A DNA stretch of 64,000 nt from Bdellovibrionales bacterium. Its GTDB lineage: Bacteria > Bdellovibrionota > Bdellovibrionia > Bdellovibrionales > UBA1609. Below are positions 49,886 to 61,000 of the stretch, one piece after another (positions within the stretch are counted from its first letter, which is position 1; the number at the start of each line of letters is the position of its first letter). The notes beneath the pieces are model-generated. The model saw nothing but the letters and a program-made list of their open reading frames with translations, did not search any database and was not told the origin of the DNA. The position numbers and the translations under genes were made by a program. Where the stretch lies: positions 2,368,001-2,432,000 of the forward strand of contig OZ241329.1 in assembly GCA_965199825.1 (NCBI GenBank), written 5' to 3'.

Positions 49886-50394
49886 GCTTTTTCTCCATAC
49901 CACTTTTTATAGTTTAAATAATTCTGGGCTGACTTCGGTAAAAATTCGAGCTCTTGAGGTGTCAAATCCCGAATCTCTCGTGCGGGGCGCCCCATAATCA
50001 GTTTGCCTTCTGAAAATTTGGCGTTTTCGGTAATGAGCGAACCTGCACCAATGATTGATTGCGATGGAATCCAAGCATTATCCATAATGATCGATCCCAT
50101 CCCCACCAAAACCAAATTTCCAATGGTACAACCATGGAGAATCACACTGTGACCCACAGTCACGTCCTCACCAATTTCAACGCCATATTTTCCAAAAGTT
50201 CCATGGATCACGCAATGATCTTGAATGTTGCTGCGCTTGCCAATCCGAATGGGCATCACATCACCTCGCAGCGTGGCCTTAAACCAAACTGAGCACTCGT
50301 CTTCTAAGATCACATCGCCAATGATTTCGGCACTGGGTGCGATAAACGTGTTGGCTCCCAATTGAGGGGTATGTCCACGAAGTGGAAGTGTCAT
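49882..50394 (-). CDS. Gamma-carbonic anhydrase family (YrdA-like)
   Basis: Hexapeptide repeats, LRGD, NIQD, VGH..ILHGC. Confidence 0.9.
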   Translation of the reverse strand: MTLPLRGHTPQLGANTFIAPSAEIIGDVILEDECSVWFKATLRGDVMPIRIGKRSNIQDHCVIHGTFGKYGVEIGEDVTVGHSVILHGCTIGNLVLVGMGSIIMDNAWIPSQSIIGAGSLITENAKFSEGKLIMGRPAREIRDLTPQELEFLPKSAQNYLNYKKWYGEKA

Positions 50395-50401
50395 TGAACC
50401 T

Positions 50402-50827
50402 CTAATTTAAAAATCGTTGATCGGGTCGTTTGATTTCGAGTGCGCTATGAAGACTATTGCGATCGCGTGAATGTTCAAAAAATTCTTGCGAACAAAAAAA
50501 TGGAACCTTTGCATAAAGACAAAACGAAACCGCTTCGCTCGCACTCAGTTTGAGCGAGGTGAGCTTTTCGCTTCCCTCAAATTTAACTCTGACGAATTGG
50601 TGTTCTCCGCGCTGCTCAACAAAATCACACCGTGTGGCCTTTACGCCCAAAACTTCTAGAGCTTGATAACTCAAAGCATGGGTGGAGGTTTCAAATCCGG
50701 CTTCGCTCGGTGCGAGAGAGACTGCCACCACGCGCTCGCCCTTTTCTTCACGAAAAAGCAAAACGGGCTTAAAAGCGTCGACCCCAAAGGTCATTCCAAA
50801 GGGTTTAATTTCAAAAAAATTATTCAT
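50402..50827 (-). CDS. Bifunctional nuclease (DUF151)-like protein, divergent
   Basis: PVLLFREE...V.L...EA, TH, EAVSFCL...VPFF pattern; follows miaB. Confidence 0.55.
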   Translation of the reverse strand: MNNFFEIKPFGMTFGVDAFKPVLLFREEKGERVVAVSLAPSEAGFETSTHALSYQALEVLGVKATRCDFVEQRGEHQFVRVKFEGSEKLTSLKLSASEAVSFCLYAKVPFFCSQEFFEHSRDRNSLHSALEIKRPDQRFLN

Positions 50828-52197
50828 TGCTGAAATACTCCTCTCAGTGTTTGAGGATGAATCTGTTCGATTAATACAGGCACCGTTTTTCCAACCAAAT
50901 CTTCTCCACCACTAAAGTGAACAAGTTTATTTTGGGTGGAACGACCGGTCCATTTGAGATGCTCTTGATCCCAGTGCTCAACCAATACTTGCAGCCGCTG
51001 ATCTTGGTAGCGCTTTGCCAATTCAAAACTCTGCTCGCGATGAAAGGCAATCAAGCGACTGAGGCGCTCTGATTTTTCAACCGAAGACACGCCGTCTTCG
51101 TATTTTGAAGCTTTGGTATAGGGCCTAGGGCTATACGAAAAAGCATAGATATTTTCGTAATGGACCTGATTTAAAAGATCCATGGTTTGCTCAAACTGTT
51201 CGGCGGTTTCGCCAGGGAAACCTATAATAATATCGGTAGATAAGACCACATCTGGAATGTGATCTCTTATCATATCGACTTTGTTTAAATAGTCTTCTCT
51301 TGAATATCCACGATTCATCCGCGCCAAAATTTCGGTTGATCCACTTTGAACTGGCAAATGAATATACTCACAAATTTTGTGTCGATACTTGGCCATCACC
51401 TTCATCAATTTTTGATTAAAATCTTTTGGGTGTGAGGTGGTAAACCGAATACGTTCAAGATCGGTGTACAAACTTAAATTTTCTAAGAGATCAGCAAAAT
51501 CGGCTCCGCAATCGCTCAAATAAGAATTTACGTTTTGTCCTAAAACTGTGACCTCTTTGACTCCACGTAAACAAAGAGCATTTATGTCTTTGATCACATG
51601 GCTCATTGGCCTTGAGCGTTCGCGACCGCGGGTAAATGGCACAATACAAAATGAGCAAAAATTATCGCAGCCCTTTGTGATGTTAACAAAGGTCGAAACG
51701 TTGGGATGCCGAATGAGGGTTTCAACATGATAAGGACTGTGATGATCAAATCGGGCATCGACCAAACGTTTTTGGCCCTCTTCCATTTGGCGAATCATTT
51801 TTGGCAGATGATCAATGGAGTCGGGTCCAATCACAAAATCGATCAGGGGTTGTTTTTTGATCAACTTCTCTTTTTCGTGACTGGCCACACAGCCGGCCAC
51901 CCCAATTTTTAAATCGGGGTTTTTGAGTTTGAGTTTTCGATAGCGACCCACTTCGGAATAGACTTTATGTACCGGCTTTTCGCGCACCGAGCACGAATTG
52001 ATCAAAATCAAAGACGCCATCTCAGGAGTGGGCACTTGATTGTAATTGATCATTTCAAGAAGAGCATACATACGGTCGCTGTCGTTGACGTTCATCTGAC
52101 AGCCGTAAGTCGAAATATAAACACCTTTTGTCAAAAAATACCTTTCGCCGTTTCTATTCTTGGATTTATAGTCGCGCCCGAGTTCAGCGTCAAACAT
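50824..52197 (-). CDS. miaB: tRNA-i(6)A37 methylthiotransferase
   Basis: TYGCQMN, NSCSVRE, CDNFCSFC radical-SAM motif, TRAM domain. Confidence 0.95.
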   Translation of the reverse strand: MFDAELGRDYKSKNRNGERYFLTKGVYISTYGCQMNVNDSDRMYALLEMINYNQVPTPEMASLILINSCSVREKPVHKVYSEVGRYRKLKLKNPDLKIGVAGCVASHEKEKLIKKQPLIDFVIGPDSIDHLPKMIRQMEEGQKRLVDARFDHHSPYHVETLIRHPNVSTFVNITKGCDNFCSFCIVPFTRGRERSRPMSHVIKDINALCLRGVKEVTVLGQNVNSYLSDCGADFADLLENLSLYTDLERIRFTTSHPKDFNQKLMKVMAKYRHKICEYIHLPVQSGSTEILARMNRGYSREDYLNKVDMIRDHIPDVVLSTDIIIGFPGETAEQFEQTMDLLNQVHYENIYAFSYSPRPYTKASKYEDGVSSVEKSERLSRLIAFHREQSFELAKRYQDQRLQVLVEHWDQEHLKWTGRSTQNKLVHFSGGEDLVGKTVPVLIEQIHPQTLRGVFQQ

Positions 52198-52215
52198 GGC
52201 ATAGGGAGAAGTGGG

Positions 52216-52746
52216 ATGAAACCAAGACTTGAAACATCAAAAAATTGGACAGCGGTGCCACAAGATTACGTTCGTCAGGTCCTTGAGGTGCTCCACAGTA
52301 ATTTTAAGTCGGACCAAGTGGAGGGCGAGTTTTTTTTTGAGGGGCGTATTTATGCCCAAGAGCTTTTGGTTCGGCTCGGCTTTTTGGCCAAAGGTCGTTT
52401 AAAGCAAATAAATTTCGAGATTTCTCTTCAGTACCAACCCGGAAAAGACAATGTTCCCGATCTTTTGGGCCTTACCGTCGATGCAGGGGCCAATCTTTTA
52501 GAAGAAGCTCTGCGTTCTGAGTTTGCCGACCAATTTTCGCCCGTGTGGCAAGAGATGATCTTTGAGAAAAGGCCTTTGTATATCCAATATTCGGGGACCA
52601 ACACCAAGCTTGAGGACGAAGCCAATCGATTACTCGGAATGGACAGCGAAGGCTTGGTACACGAGCAAGAATCAGAGGAAGCCGAAGCAAAAATTCTGGA
52701 AGAATTAAAAAGTCAGCTCGGACTGGTTGAAGACGAGGAGCATTAA
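52216..52746 (+). CDS. Hypothetical protein
   Basis: In-frame ATG 52216 with GGGAG SD avoids the miaB overlap; acidic C-terminus. Confidence 0.7.
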   Translation: MKPRLETSKNWTAVPQDYVRQVLEVLHSNFKSDQVEGEFFFEGRIYAQELLVRLGFLAKGRLKQINFEISLQYQPGKDNVPDLLGLTVDAGANLLEEALRSEFADQFSPVWQEMIFEKRPLYIQYSGTNTKLEDEANRLLGMDSEGLVHEQESEEAEAKILEELKSQLGLVEDEEH

Positions 52747-53504
52747 AACTCTTCGTCCTCGCGACCACTTCCGGTTTCGGACATCCCGCGCACTTCATCG
52801 ATAAAGCTCTGGGCCTCATCTTCAAATTCGCTTTCACCACCCGACTCATCAATTTCGAGTTCTTGAATGGCTGCCAAAAAATCTTTTTCGGAACGCAGAT
52901 CTTTTTTAAGCATCTCAATATATTTGTCGGGATATCGTGAGGTGAGCTCCTCGATGTAGCGCTCGAGTTTTCCTTCGCCCAAAATCTTTTTTCTGACCTG
53001 AATTTTTTTCCAGAACAAAAGGTAATGATAACGGCAATAGCCATCGACCACCGAAATTTGATCACAATCTCGCACGCGGCAATAGCGGCGGCCTTCGGCA
53101 TCGGTAAGAACAACCTCTTCTTCGTCGCTTAAGTCTTCTCGCTCTTTATGCGCAGGTGCAGAAGGCTCGACAGCGAGTTCGCCCCCACCAAATTCATCAG
53201 AATCATCATAGGCATCGAGGCTGTCGTCATCGACTTTTTTCTTTTTGGGTTCACTGGGTTTGGCTTTGGACACCTTTGTGAGAGGTTTTGGATGGGGCCG
53301 AGGATGGGCCTTTACAGGTGCCGCTTTTTTAATTTTTGTGGTTTTCGCAGCCTTTGCTTTTTTATGCGGCTTTGCTGCCACATGTTTGGCTTTTTTAGCT
53401 ACTTTTTTAACCGCTTTTTTGGCTTTCGCAGCCTTTGCCGGAGCCTTGTGGGCTGTCTTTTTTTTGACGACCTTTTTTTTTGACATGAAATGAACCTGAG
53501 GCAT
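52743..53504 (-). CDS. Hypothetical protein: Lys/Ala-rich histone-H1-like N-terminus, CCCH motif, acidic C-terminus
   Basis: KKKVVKKKTAHKAPAKAAKAKK...; YCRVRDC...YCRYH; D/E-rich flanks. Confidence 0.75.
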   Translation of the reverse strand: MPQVHFMSKKKVVKKKTAHKAPAKAAKAKKAVKKVAKKAKHVAAKPHKKAKAAKTTKIKKAAPVKAHPRPHPKPLTKVSKAKPSEPKKKKVDDDSLDAYDDSDEFGGGELAVEPSAPAHKEREDLSDEEEVVLTDAEGRRYCRVRDCDQISVVDGYCRYHYLLFWKKIQVRKKILGEGKLERYIEELTSRYPDKYIEMLKKDLRSEKDFLAAIQELEIDESGGESEFEDEAQSFIDEVRGMSETGSGREDEEF

Positions 53505-53528
53505 TTTAAAACACCCGTCAAGAGAGAA

Positions 53529-54545
53529 TTAGTGGATATGAATACTGCCGGCAGTGGTCTTTACCACCACATTTCCTTGCGCTGCGCCTCGCAATTGGCC
53601 ACGCAGATTTTTTTGGGTGCCGAGGTCGGTGACCTTTAAAAAATTAGGAACAACAATGTTGCCTTCTTGACTGCTCAGTTGAAGATTTGCTTTTGAATCA
53701 ATCAAAGTCAGATTGACCGCGCCTTCTTGAGATTGAAGATGAACATCGGCCTCACCTCGAATTTGACATTGCACGTTGGCTTGTTGCGACTGACCTTTGA
53801 GCGATGCGCTCAACTCCAAAATATTTAAATTTCCATGCCCCAAAGAATATTCCATTCGACCTTTTACCGAATTCAATTTTCCATTACCTTTCGTGCTCGA
53901 ATAAAAAAGCGATCCCTCCACCTGCTTTAAATTTGTGTCGCCCATAAAATTATCAATCTCAATATGTCCCGAAATTTTTTCGGCAATCAAACGGCCCGAA
54001 AAACTTTCGATATGTTGGCGGCCCCGGCGTCCTTTAATACTGATGAGTCCTTCTTGGTGGGTGAGATATAAATCTCCTTCACCTCCTAGAATCGAAACTT
54101 CGCCGTTTTGAACGTGCACGTTTAATCGGGCATTCAGATTTGTGATTTGGACATTTCCCCTTCGCACCCCAAGATCAAGTGCTCGCTCAGGCATTGAAAC
54201 CTCAACGTTGTAGAGCGGGATCATTTCATTCTTTATGATTTGCTGAAAGGTTGCGCGGGATTCGGGCATACGAACACTCAACTCGGTGCGCTTGCCGATT
54301 TTTTGCATCACCACCACCCAACCTTCGACCTCGGGATGAGAAATTTTTTGGATGCGCACAATTGCCTGGTTGCCTGGATGAGTCAGGACTTTGATATGAG
54401 CATTTACAAACGCCAAACTGAGAGAGTCATCAGGTGCCATCTCAATGGTGATTGGCCTTGATTGATCCGCGGCCCTTACTGGAGTCGAAACAAATCCAAA
54501 AAAAATAAAAAATAAAATGAGTTTTTTCATGTCCTTTGATTTCAT
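53529..54545 (-). CDS. DUF4097-like beta-strand repeat exported protein
   Basis: Signal peptide; repeated S..G.I.I strands; ends VKTTAGSIHI. Confidence 0.7.
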   Translation of the reverse strand: MKSKDMKKLILFFIFFGFVSTPVRAADQSRPITIEMAPDDSLSLAFVNAHIKVLTHPGNQAIVRIQKISHPEVEGWVVVMQKIGKRTELSVRMPESRATFQQIIKNEMIPLYNVEVSMPERALDLGVRRGNVQITNLNARLNVHVQNGEVSILGGEGDLYLTHQEGLISIKGRRGRQHIESFSGRLIAEKISGHIEIDNFMGDTNLKQVEGSLFYSSTKGNGKLNSVKGRMEYSLGHGNLNILELSASLKGQSQQANVQCQIRGEADVHLQSQEGAVNLTLIDSKANLQLSSQEGNIVVPNFLKVTDLGTQKNLRGQLRGAAQGNVVVKTTAGSIHIH

Positions 54546-54613
54546 TTGAATTCTTAAAGTCTCGCAATGCTTTTCTTGCCTTTTACTTTTAAGAGCGACA
54601 ATAATTTAAGGCT

Positions 54614-55786
54614 ATGAATGTCTACATCGTCTCAGCACAACGAACAGCAGTTGCAAGTTTTCAAGGTGGGTTAAAAGATATTTCAGCACCACGACTTGGA
54701 AGCTTGGTGATTCAATCCGCTTTAAAAAAAGCAAACCTGAAGCCCGACAACATTGATGAGTGCATCATGGGCCAGGTGCTCACCGCGGGTGCGGGCCAAG
54801 CTCCTGCTCGTCAAGCGGCATTGTATGCAGGACTTCTCAACTCAACACCCTGTTTAACCATAAACAAAGTTTGTGGATCAGGACTTAAAGCCGCAATGCT
54901 TGCCTCCGACAGTATTCGTCTTGGACATTCAAAAATTGTTGCAGCAGGTGGACAAGAAAATATGACGCTTGCTCCGCATCTGCTCGAAAAATCTCGTGAG
55001 GGCTATCGCATGGGACCTGTGACCCTCACAGATTCGATGCTCAAAGATGGACTGATCGATCCTTACAATCACACCCACATGGGCAATGCGGCAGAACTCT
55101 GCGCCAAGGATTATCATTTTTCGCGAGAGTCTCAGGATGAATTTGCCAAGCACTCCTACGAAAAAGCAAAAAAAGCCCAAGAGCGTGGTGATTTTGACGA
55201 CGAGATTTCGCCAGTCGAGACTATGGTCGGAAAAGAAACAATCAGTTTTAAAATTGACGAGGAGCCCGCAAAGGCTCGCTTTGATAAAATGCTGACACTC
55301 AAACCCGCATTTGAAAAAGACGGGACAATCACCGCTGCTAATGCAAGCAAGCTTAACGACGGTGCAGCCTGCTTGATTTTTGCAAACGAAGAAAGTGTAA
55401 AAGCCCAAGGATTAAAACCGCTCGCAAAAGTGTTAGGCTATGCCACTTTCGCACAAGAACCAAAATGGTTTACTACTGCACCTGTGGGAGCAATCAAAAA
55501 AGTTTTGAATCAGTTAAGTCTTTCGGTCAATGACATTGACCTGTTTGAAATCAACGAAGCATTTAGTGTTGTTGCCCAAGTGGCTGTTCAAGAATTAAAA
55601 ATTAATCTTGATCGGCTCAATGTCAACGGAGGTGCGGTTGCTCTTGGGCATCCCATTGGTGCAAGTGGTGCAAGACTCTTAACCACCTTAGTGCACGCCC
55701 TTCAAAAACGAAATTTAAAAAGAGGATTGGCTTCACTCTGCATTGGCGGAGGCGAAGGAGTGGCGCTCGTTGTGGAGCGTGTTTGA
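54614..55786 (+). CDS. Acetyl-CoA C-acetyltransferase (thiolase)
   Basis: [26 protein letters not shown]. Confidence 0.95.
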   Translation: MNVYIVSAQRTAVASFQGGLKDISAPRLGSLVIQSALKKANLKPDNIDECIMGQVLTAGAGQAPARQAALYAGLLNSTPCLTINKVCGSGLKAAMLASDSIRLGHSKIVAAGGQENMTLAPHLLEKSREGYRMGPVTLTDSMLKDGLIDPYNHTHMGNAAELCAKDYHFSRESQDEFAKHSYEKAKKAQERGDFDDEISPVETMVGKETISFKIDEEPAKARFDKMLTLKPAFEKDGTITAANASKLNDGAACLIFANEESVKAQGLKPLAKVLGYATFAQEPKWFTTAPVGAIKKVLNQLSLSVNDIDLFEINEAFSVVAQVAVQELKINLDRLNVNGGAVALGHPIGASGARLLTTLVHALQKRNLKRGLASLCIGGGEGVALVVERV

Positions 55787-56475
55787 ACAAAATTTTTCAA
55801 GATGCCGATTCAGCCTGCTTTGATGTCTTAAGCGGTCAAACACTTTTGTTTGGTGGATTTGGTTTGTGTGGCATTCCCGAAAAATCGATCGCGGCACTTT
55901 TCAAAAGAAAAATCACCGAGCTCACCTGTGTTTCGAATAATGCTGGCATTGATGATTTTGGTTTAGGAGTTTTACTTCAAACCCGCCAAATTAAAAAAAT
56001 GATTTCGTCCTATGTGGGCGAAAATGCACTTTTCGAAAAACAATATTTGAACGGTGAACTTGAAGTCGAATTTGTTCCGCAAGGAACTCTTGCCGAAAGA
56101 TTACGTGCAGGAGGTGCCGGCATCCCCGCGTTTTATACCCCCACTGGTTTTGGAACACCCATTGCCGAGGGTAAGGAATCGCGCGAGTTTGACGGTAAAT
56201 CTTTTATTCTTGAAAAAGCAATTCGTGGTGATTTTGCTTTTGTTAAAGCCTTTAAAGGCGATCGATTTGGCAATTTGATTTATCGTAAAACTGCTCGCAA
56301 TTTTAATCCGGTGATGGCAACCGCAGGAAAAATTACCATCGCCGAGGTTGAAGAACTTGTAGAAATTGGCGAACTTGATCCAGAGCAGATCCAAACACCG
56401 GGTGTTTATGTGCAGCGGATATTTAAAGGTCAAAACTATGAAAAGCGGATCGAGCATGCAACCATTAACACGTGA
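55783..56475 (+). CDS. scoA: 3-oxoacid CoA-transferase subunit A
   Basis: [37 protein letters not shown]. Confidence 0.92.
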   Translation: MNKIFQDADSACFDVLSGQTLLFGGFGLCGIPEKSIAALFKRKITELTCVSNNAGIDDFGLGVLLQTRQIKKMISSYVGENALFEKQYLNGELEVEFVPQGTLAERLRAGGAGIPAFYTPTGFGTPIAEGKESREFDGKSFILEKAIRGDFAFVKAFKGDRFGNLIYRKTARNFNPVMATAGKITIAEVEELVEIGELDPEQIQTPGVYVQRIFKGQNYEKRIEHATINT

Positions 56476-57118
56476 GTTGATTGCCGAGCGCATTGCGCGC
56501 GAAGTTCAGTCGGGATTTGTGGTCAATCTTGGAATTGGCATCCCCACCCTTGTGGCCAATTATTTAAAACCAGAACAAATGGTGATGCTCCAAAGTGAAA
56601 ATGGACTTTTGGGACTCGGGCCCTTTCCGTTAAAAAAAAATTTGGATGCGGACTTGATCAATGCCGGTAAGCAAACTGTGACTGCAGTTGCGGGGGCCTC
56701 TTATTTTTCATCGGCAGAAAGTTTTGGGATGATTCGTGGAGGTCATGTGGACTTGACCGTTCTTGGCGCAATGCAAGTGGATCAATCCGGAAGCATTGCC
56801 AATTGGATGGTGCCCGGAAAAATGGTCAAAGGCATGGGCGGTGCGATGGATTTAGTGGCCGGTGCAAAGCGCGTGGTCGTGGCAATGCAACACCAAGATA
56901 AAGATGGCAAAAGTAAACTCCTAAATAAGTGTGATTTACCCCTCACAGGTGTTCATTGTGTGACCCGCATTGTGACCGATCTTGCAGTGATTGATGTCGA
57001 CTTAAACAAAAATATATTTATTTTACGTGAGCTTGCACCTGGGGTGAGTAAAGAAGATGTGATTCAAAGAACCGAAGGCCAGATGATTTGTGCGCCCGAT
57101 CTTAAAAGCATGTTTTAA
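56456..57118 (+). CDS. scoB: 3-oxoacid CoA-transferase subunit B
   Basis: [25 protein letters not shown] 56456. Confidence 0.92.
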   Translation: MQPLTRELIAERIAREVQSGFVVNLGIGIPTLVANYLKPEQMVMLQSENGLLGLGPFPLKKNLDADLINAGKQTVTAVAGASYFSSAESFGMIRGGHVDLTVLGAMQVDQSGSIANWMVPGKMVKGMGGAMDLVAGAKRVVVAMQHQDKDGKSKLLNKCDLPLTGVHCVTRIVTDLAVIDVDLNKNIFILRELAPGVSKEDVIQRTEGQMICAPDLKSMF

Positions 57119-58608
57119 AAAACATCGAGCTCGGAATTGAATTGCTTTAAACGAAGCGGAATTTTTTTATCTTCCATTTTTTGATCATCACTCAAAACAC
57201 TATATACCCGGAGAGTATTTGTCTTTGCCCGCTCTTGCACCGGGAGACCTAGAGTCAACACCACTTTGTCGCCCTTTTTAACCAACCCGTATTGCAAAAG
57301 CATTTGTTCGATTTGGCGCATGGCCTCTTCGGTGGACTGATATGGCCGAATCGAAAAGGTTTGAATTCCCCAACACAATTCAAGGGCGGAGAGATTTTCG
57401 AACTGTGGAGTGACCGCAATGATGCGAGCTTTGGGACGAAAATGTGAAATCAAAGTTGCGGTTTTACCCGTGGTGGTCAAACAAACAATGGCCGAGGCTT
57501 CCAGCTTTAAAGCGGTCAAACACGCACTTGCGGCAATCGCTTCGGGGACATCGTCCATCCCCTCATCGAGTTCAATGTGATACATGGCCTCACCACTGCG
57601 CTCCACTTCCACAACAATATCATGCATGGTGCGAATACATTTGAATGGAAATTTTCCGCTCGCACTCTCCGCCGAAAGCATCAGAGCATCCGAACCATCA
57701 AGCACCGCATTGGCCACATCCGTAATTTCTGCACGAGTGGGGCGAGGATTTTCGACCATGCTGTCGAGCATTTGGGTTGCGGTAATCACCGGCTTGCCAA
57801 AAATATTGCAGAGTCGAATGATTCTTTTTTGGGTTTGGGGCAGCTGTGTTTGACCGGCTTCAATTGCCAAATCTCCACGCGCCACCATGACTCCATCACT
57901 CTTATGAATAATGTCTTCAAGATGGGTGAGAGCTTCGAGCATTTCGATTTTTGCGATAATTTTTGTGTTCGGGCGAACATTGTCAATCAGCTCTCTTAAG
58001 CGAAGAATATCTTCGCCCTTTCGAACAAAAGATAAAGCGACATAATCAACGCTATTTCTTAAACCAAATTCCAAATCATCAAGATCTTTTTTTGTCATAG
58101 CCTCAATTGGCAAATTGGCTCCGGGAACATTAATCCCCTTGCGGTCTTTTAAAATTCCACCGTAGATAACCTGAGCCTCAACAATTTGACCTTGTGATGA
58201 AAGGCACACGACCTCGATCAGTCCATCATCAAATAAAATTTTTGTGCCCGGTGTGCAGGCTTGTGGAAGATGAATAAAGTCGGTGGGGATCAATCCATCA
58301 TGCCCTTTAACATCCTCGGTGGTGATCTGAACCTTTTGGCCATTTTTTAATTCGATCTGACCTTTTTCAAATCGGCCCACCCGTATTTTTGGGCCTTGGA
58401 GATCTTGAAGAATCGCCACCGGCGCACGAAGCTCTGCGCAAAGCTCGCGAATCCAATGAATCACTTTTTGATGATCGGCATGAGAGCCATGCGAAAAATT
58501 AAGTCGCGCCACATTCATTCCGGCTCTTATGGCTTTCTCGAGTCCTTCACGAGATGCGGTTGCAGGACCGATGGTAGCGACAATTTTTACGCGGCGATTT
58601 GCGAGCAT
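57115..58608 (-). CDS. pyk: Pyruvate kinase
   Basis: KIVATIGP, RLNFSHG, AKIE, VARGDL, ATQMLDSM, PTRAE. Confidence 0.97.
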   Translation of the reverse strand: MLANRRVKIVATIGPATASREGLEKAIRAGMNVARLNFSHGSHADHQKVIHWIRELCAELRAPVAILQDLQGPKIRVGRFEKGQIELKNGQKVQITTEDVKGHDGLIPTDFIHLPQACTPGTKILFDDGLIEVVCLSSQGQIVEAQVIYGGILKDRKGINVPGANLPIEAMTKKDLDDLEFGLRNSVDYVALSFVRKGEDILRLRELIDNVRPNTKIIAKIEMLEALTHLEDIIHKSDGVMVARGDLAIEAGQTQLPQTQKRIIRLCNIFGKPVITATQMLDSMVENPRPTRAEITDVANAVLDGSDALMLSAESASGKFPFKCIRTMHDIVVEVERSGEAMYHIELDEGMDDVPEAIAASACLTALKLEASAIVCLTTTGKTATLISHFRPKARIIAVTPQFENLSALELCWGIQTFSIRPYQSTEEAMRQIEQMLLQYGLVKKGDKVVLTLGLPVQERAKTNTLRVYSVLSDDQKMEDKKIPLRLKQFNSELDVF

Positions 58609-60276
58609 TTAGGTTTTCCTATGAGACTCATTTTTGCTCACCGTTGTGACAAGATCATTCATCTTTTCCTCATTGCGGCGATTCAAATTTTTGAGCTCGA
58701 GATTATGTTGCTCATCTAGTTGCCGGATTTTTTGCTGATTTTGCAAGTTCAAATTTTCAATTTCGGATTGATGACCCTTTTTAAGCTCGGTCACAAGCCG
58801 CTTGACGTTGTCTTCGTTGCCCTTATGCTCGTGAAGCAGTTGATCGTTGAGATCGTTCACTTGTTTTTCAAATTTCATTTTGAGCTGGCTCAGTTGTTCA
58901 CTGTGCTTAGCCTCGCGCTCGCGCATTTGATTTTTTAACCCCTCAACCGCCTGCGATTTTTCTTTAATGCCCATATCGCGCAGATCTTTGAGGTCCTCGG
59001 CATGTTGAGCTTGAACCGTATCTAGAGCATCGCGCTGACTATTTTGGAGTCTGACACTTGAGGAGTTGGCGTGCTCAAGCACTCGCTTCACTCGTTGATC
59101 TGCTTGCGATGACACCTCGGAGTTGCGAGCCGAAAAATCGGTTTGAAAATTACTAAGGGACTCACGATTTTTTAAATCTTGTGAATTCAGCCGCTCTTTA
59201 AAAAACTTATTTGATTGGCTGAGTGCCGTGTTGTGCTGTCGTTGAAGGCTATCGACTTTTGTTTTTACAACCTGATTGGACTGATCAAGGAGCTGCTGTT
59301 TTTGTTTTTCAAGATCATCAATATTCTTTTGAAATTCATCCCGCACGTTTTTGACTTCGGTGCTCTTTGAGCGGTTGGAATTCACCTGATCTCGCGCTCT
59401 TAAATCTTGTTCCTCTTTCACCTTTGTGTGGAGATTGTTGAGCTGCGAATTGATCCGACCTTCGATGTCGGTTTTAAACTTTTGGCTTCCTTGGTGGCCA
59501 TCCTCGGCTTGATCTTTTAATGCGGCATCATATCTCTCACGAGTTTTATTTAGACTGGTGTCGTAAGAGCTTTTCACATGTTGAAGATTGTCATTCATTT
59601 CAGAACGCTCTTTTTGGATGGCACTCATATGAGCTTTTGATAAACGCTCAGTATCCGAAAATCCTTTTTGTTCTAGATCCGAAATTTGGCGTTCTGAAAA
59701 ATCTCGCGAAGTCTTCAGCTGCTTTTGAAGGTTGGATTCTGATTTGGCTTTGTCTTCAAGAATAAGATCGACCTGCTTTTGATGAGCCGTATCTGAGTTG
59801 TTTCTTGAGTGACTGATGGTTTCTTTTTGTTCTTCTCTTAAAGATTCGAGATTTTTCTGGAATGCTTTATCTTTATCTTCGATCACATTATGAAAATGTT
59901 CATCTTTGGCATTGAGCTTAGCTTCATTCCTGGTGGCTTCTTTTTGTAGTGAGCCTTTCATTTCGTTTGTGCGCTCACTTATTTCTCGATCTGAATCTGA
60001 TGAGACTTGCGACAATTGGCGACGATGAAGCGAGCGAAGATCATCCATTTCTTTTTGATACTTAAGATCTCGACTGCTAATCACTTCTCTTGCGTTTTTT
60101 TTAACCCCTTCGACTTTTTGTTCGTTGTGAGATTGAACTTGATTTAATTCAACGTCGTGAGTTTCGGCCATGCGCTTGAGTTCTTTTTGCTGGCGCTTAA
60201 CAAGATCGCTCTCTTTTTGTAAATACTCATCACGATTGCGGCGAATTGAATCGTTGGAACTGCCAACTGAAGACAT
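58609..60276 (-). CDS. Long coiled-coil hypothetical protein
   Basis: 555 aa rich in Q/E/K/R/N/S, no Pro, Trp or Cys, no signal peptide or TM. Confidence 0.8.
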   Translation of the reverse strand: MSSVGSSNDSIRRNRDEYLQKESDLVKRQQKELKRMAETHDVELNQVQSHNEQKVEGVKKNAREVISSRDLKYQKEMDDLRSLHRRQLSQVSSDSDREISERTNEMKGSLQKEATRNEAKLNAKDEHFHNVIEDKDKAFQKNLESLREEQKETISHSRNNSDTAHQKQVDLILEDKAKSESNLQKQLKTSRDFSERQISDLEQKGFSDTERLSKAHMSAIQKERSEMNDNLQHVKSSYDTSLNKTRERYDAALKDQAEDGHQGSQKFKTDIEGRINSQLNNLHTKVKEEQDLRARDQVNSNRSKSTEVKNVRDEFQKNIDDLEKQKQQLLDQSNQVVKTKVDSLQRQHNTALSQSNKFFKERLNSQDLKNRESLSNFQTDFSARNSEVSSQADQRVKRVLEHANSSSVRLQNSQRDALDTVQAQHAEDLKDLRDMGIKEKSQAVEGLKNQMREREAKHSEQLSQLKMKFEKQVNDLNDQLLHEHKGNEDNVKRLVTELKKGHQSEIENLNLQNQQKIRQLDEQHNLELKNLNRRNEEKMNDLVTTVSKNESHRKT

Positions 60277-60305
60277 CCTTGTCTCTCTCCTCTGTCAAAA
60301 TTTAA

Positions 60306-60332
60306 TTATCCGCTATTTTGATCAGTTACTAA
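60306..60332 (-). promoter_or_regulatory. Possible sigma-28 (FliA) promoter
   Basis: TTAG-N15-GCGGATAA versus TAAA-N15-GCCGATAA, upstream of coiled-coil gene. Confidence 0.35.
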
Positions 60333-60370
60333 AGAGAGTTAAAGGGAAATTAAGGATAAAGGTCGAGCCT

Positions 60371-61000
60371 CTATTCGATTTGGTTTCGTTGACGAAACAA
60401 CTTTTTGAAATGGGCTTCTTCTTTAAGCTGAATTTGAGTTTGGGCATCAGATCGTTTTTTTAATAGATCCGCACTGGCGATTTCGCGCAAAACACTGTCA
60501 CGCATCATACTCACACTTTGGTCTTGGGCCGCTTTGAACAATTGGCCCTTTAATGCTGCCGGAATATCGATTTGTACATTTCCATCAACGATGGGTCCCA
60601 CATGAACCATAAAACCCTCAGGAATTTGATCCGACTCTTTTAATCCTCGACGATGAATTTGCACCACACCTTGAACAACCTGAACTCCAATATTTTCTTT
60701 TGTGCGTTCAAGAATCATTCGGACCTTTGAAGATGAAAATCGGGCAACGGGAGTCATGATATCGCAAGCTCCCTCACAGGTGATTTTGCCGCGCACCACT
60801 TGAATCTGTTTTTTACTTAAATGAATGATTAAGCTCTCTTCAAGGGCAGAAAAATTTTTGGATTTTTGACCGGCTTTAAGTTCTTGTGCGCAAGGAAAAC
60901 TATTTTTTGATAAGCACTCCAACGGAACTTCGGTGGCATGAATGCGAATCTCGATTGTAAAACAACAATACAAAACAAATGCTCGACAAAGTGATTTCAC
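60371..61000 (-). CDS. Hypothetical exported protein (weak FecR-like middle)
   Basis: 209 aa; TPVA and VQVVQGVVQI segments; GTG start overlaps the upstream TGA stop. Confidence 0.55.
   Translation of the reverse strand: MKSLCRAFVLYCCFTIEIRIHATEVPLECLSKNSFPCAQELKAGQKSKNFSALEESLIIHLSKKQIQVVRGKITCEGACDIMTPVARFSSSKVRMILERTKENIGVQVVQGVVQIHRRGLKESDQIPEGFMVHVGPIVDGNVQIDIPAALKGQLFKAAQDQSVSMMRDSVLREIASADLLKKRSDAQTQIQLKEEAHFKKLFRQRNQIE

Noticed and set aside
51967..52215. N-terminal extension of the + ORF overlapping miaB
   Set aside because: Antisense shadow of miaB; ATG 52216 has an SD
52472..53493. Alternative-frame and antisense ORFs over the H1-like gene, and similar short shadow ORFs throughout
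   Set aside because: Overlap well-supported genes; no motifs or SDs
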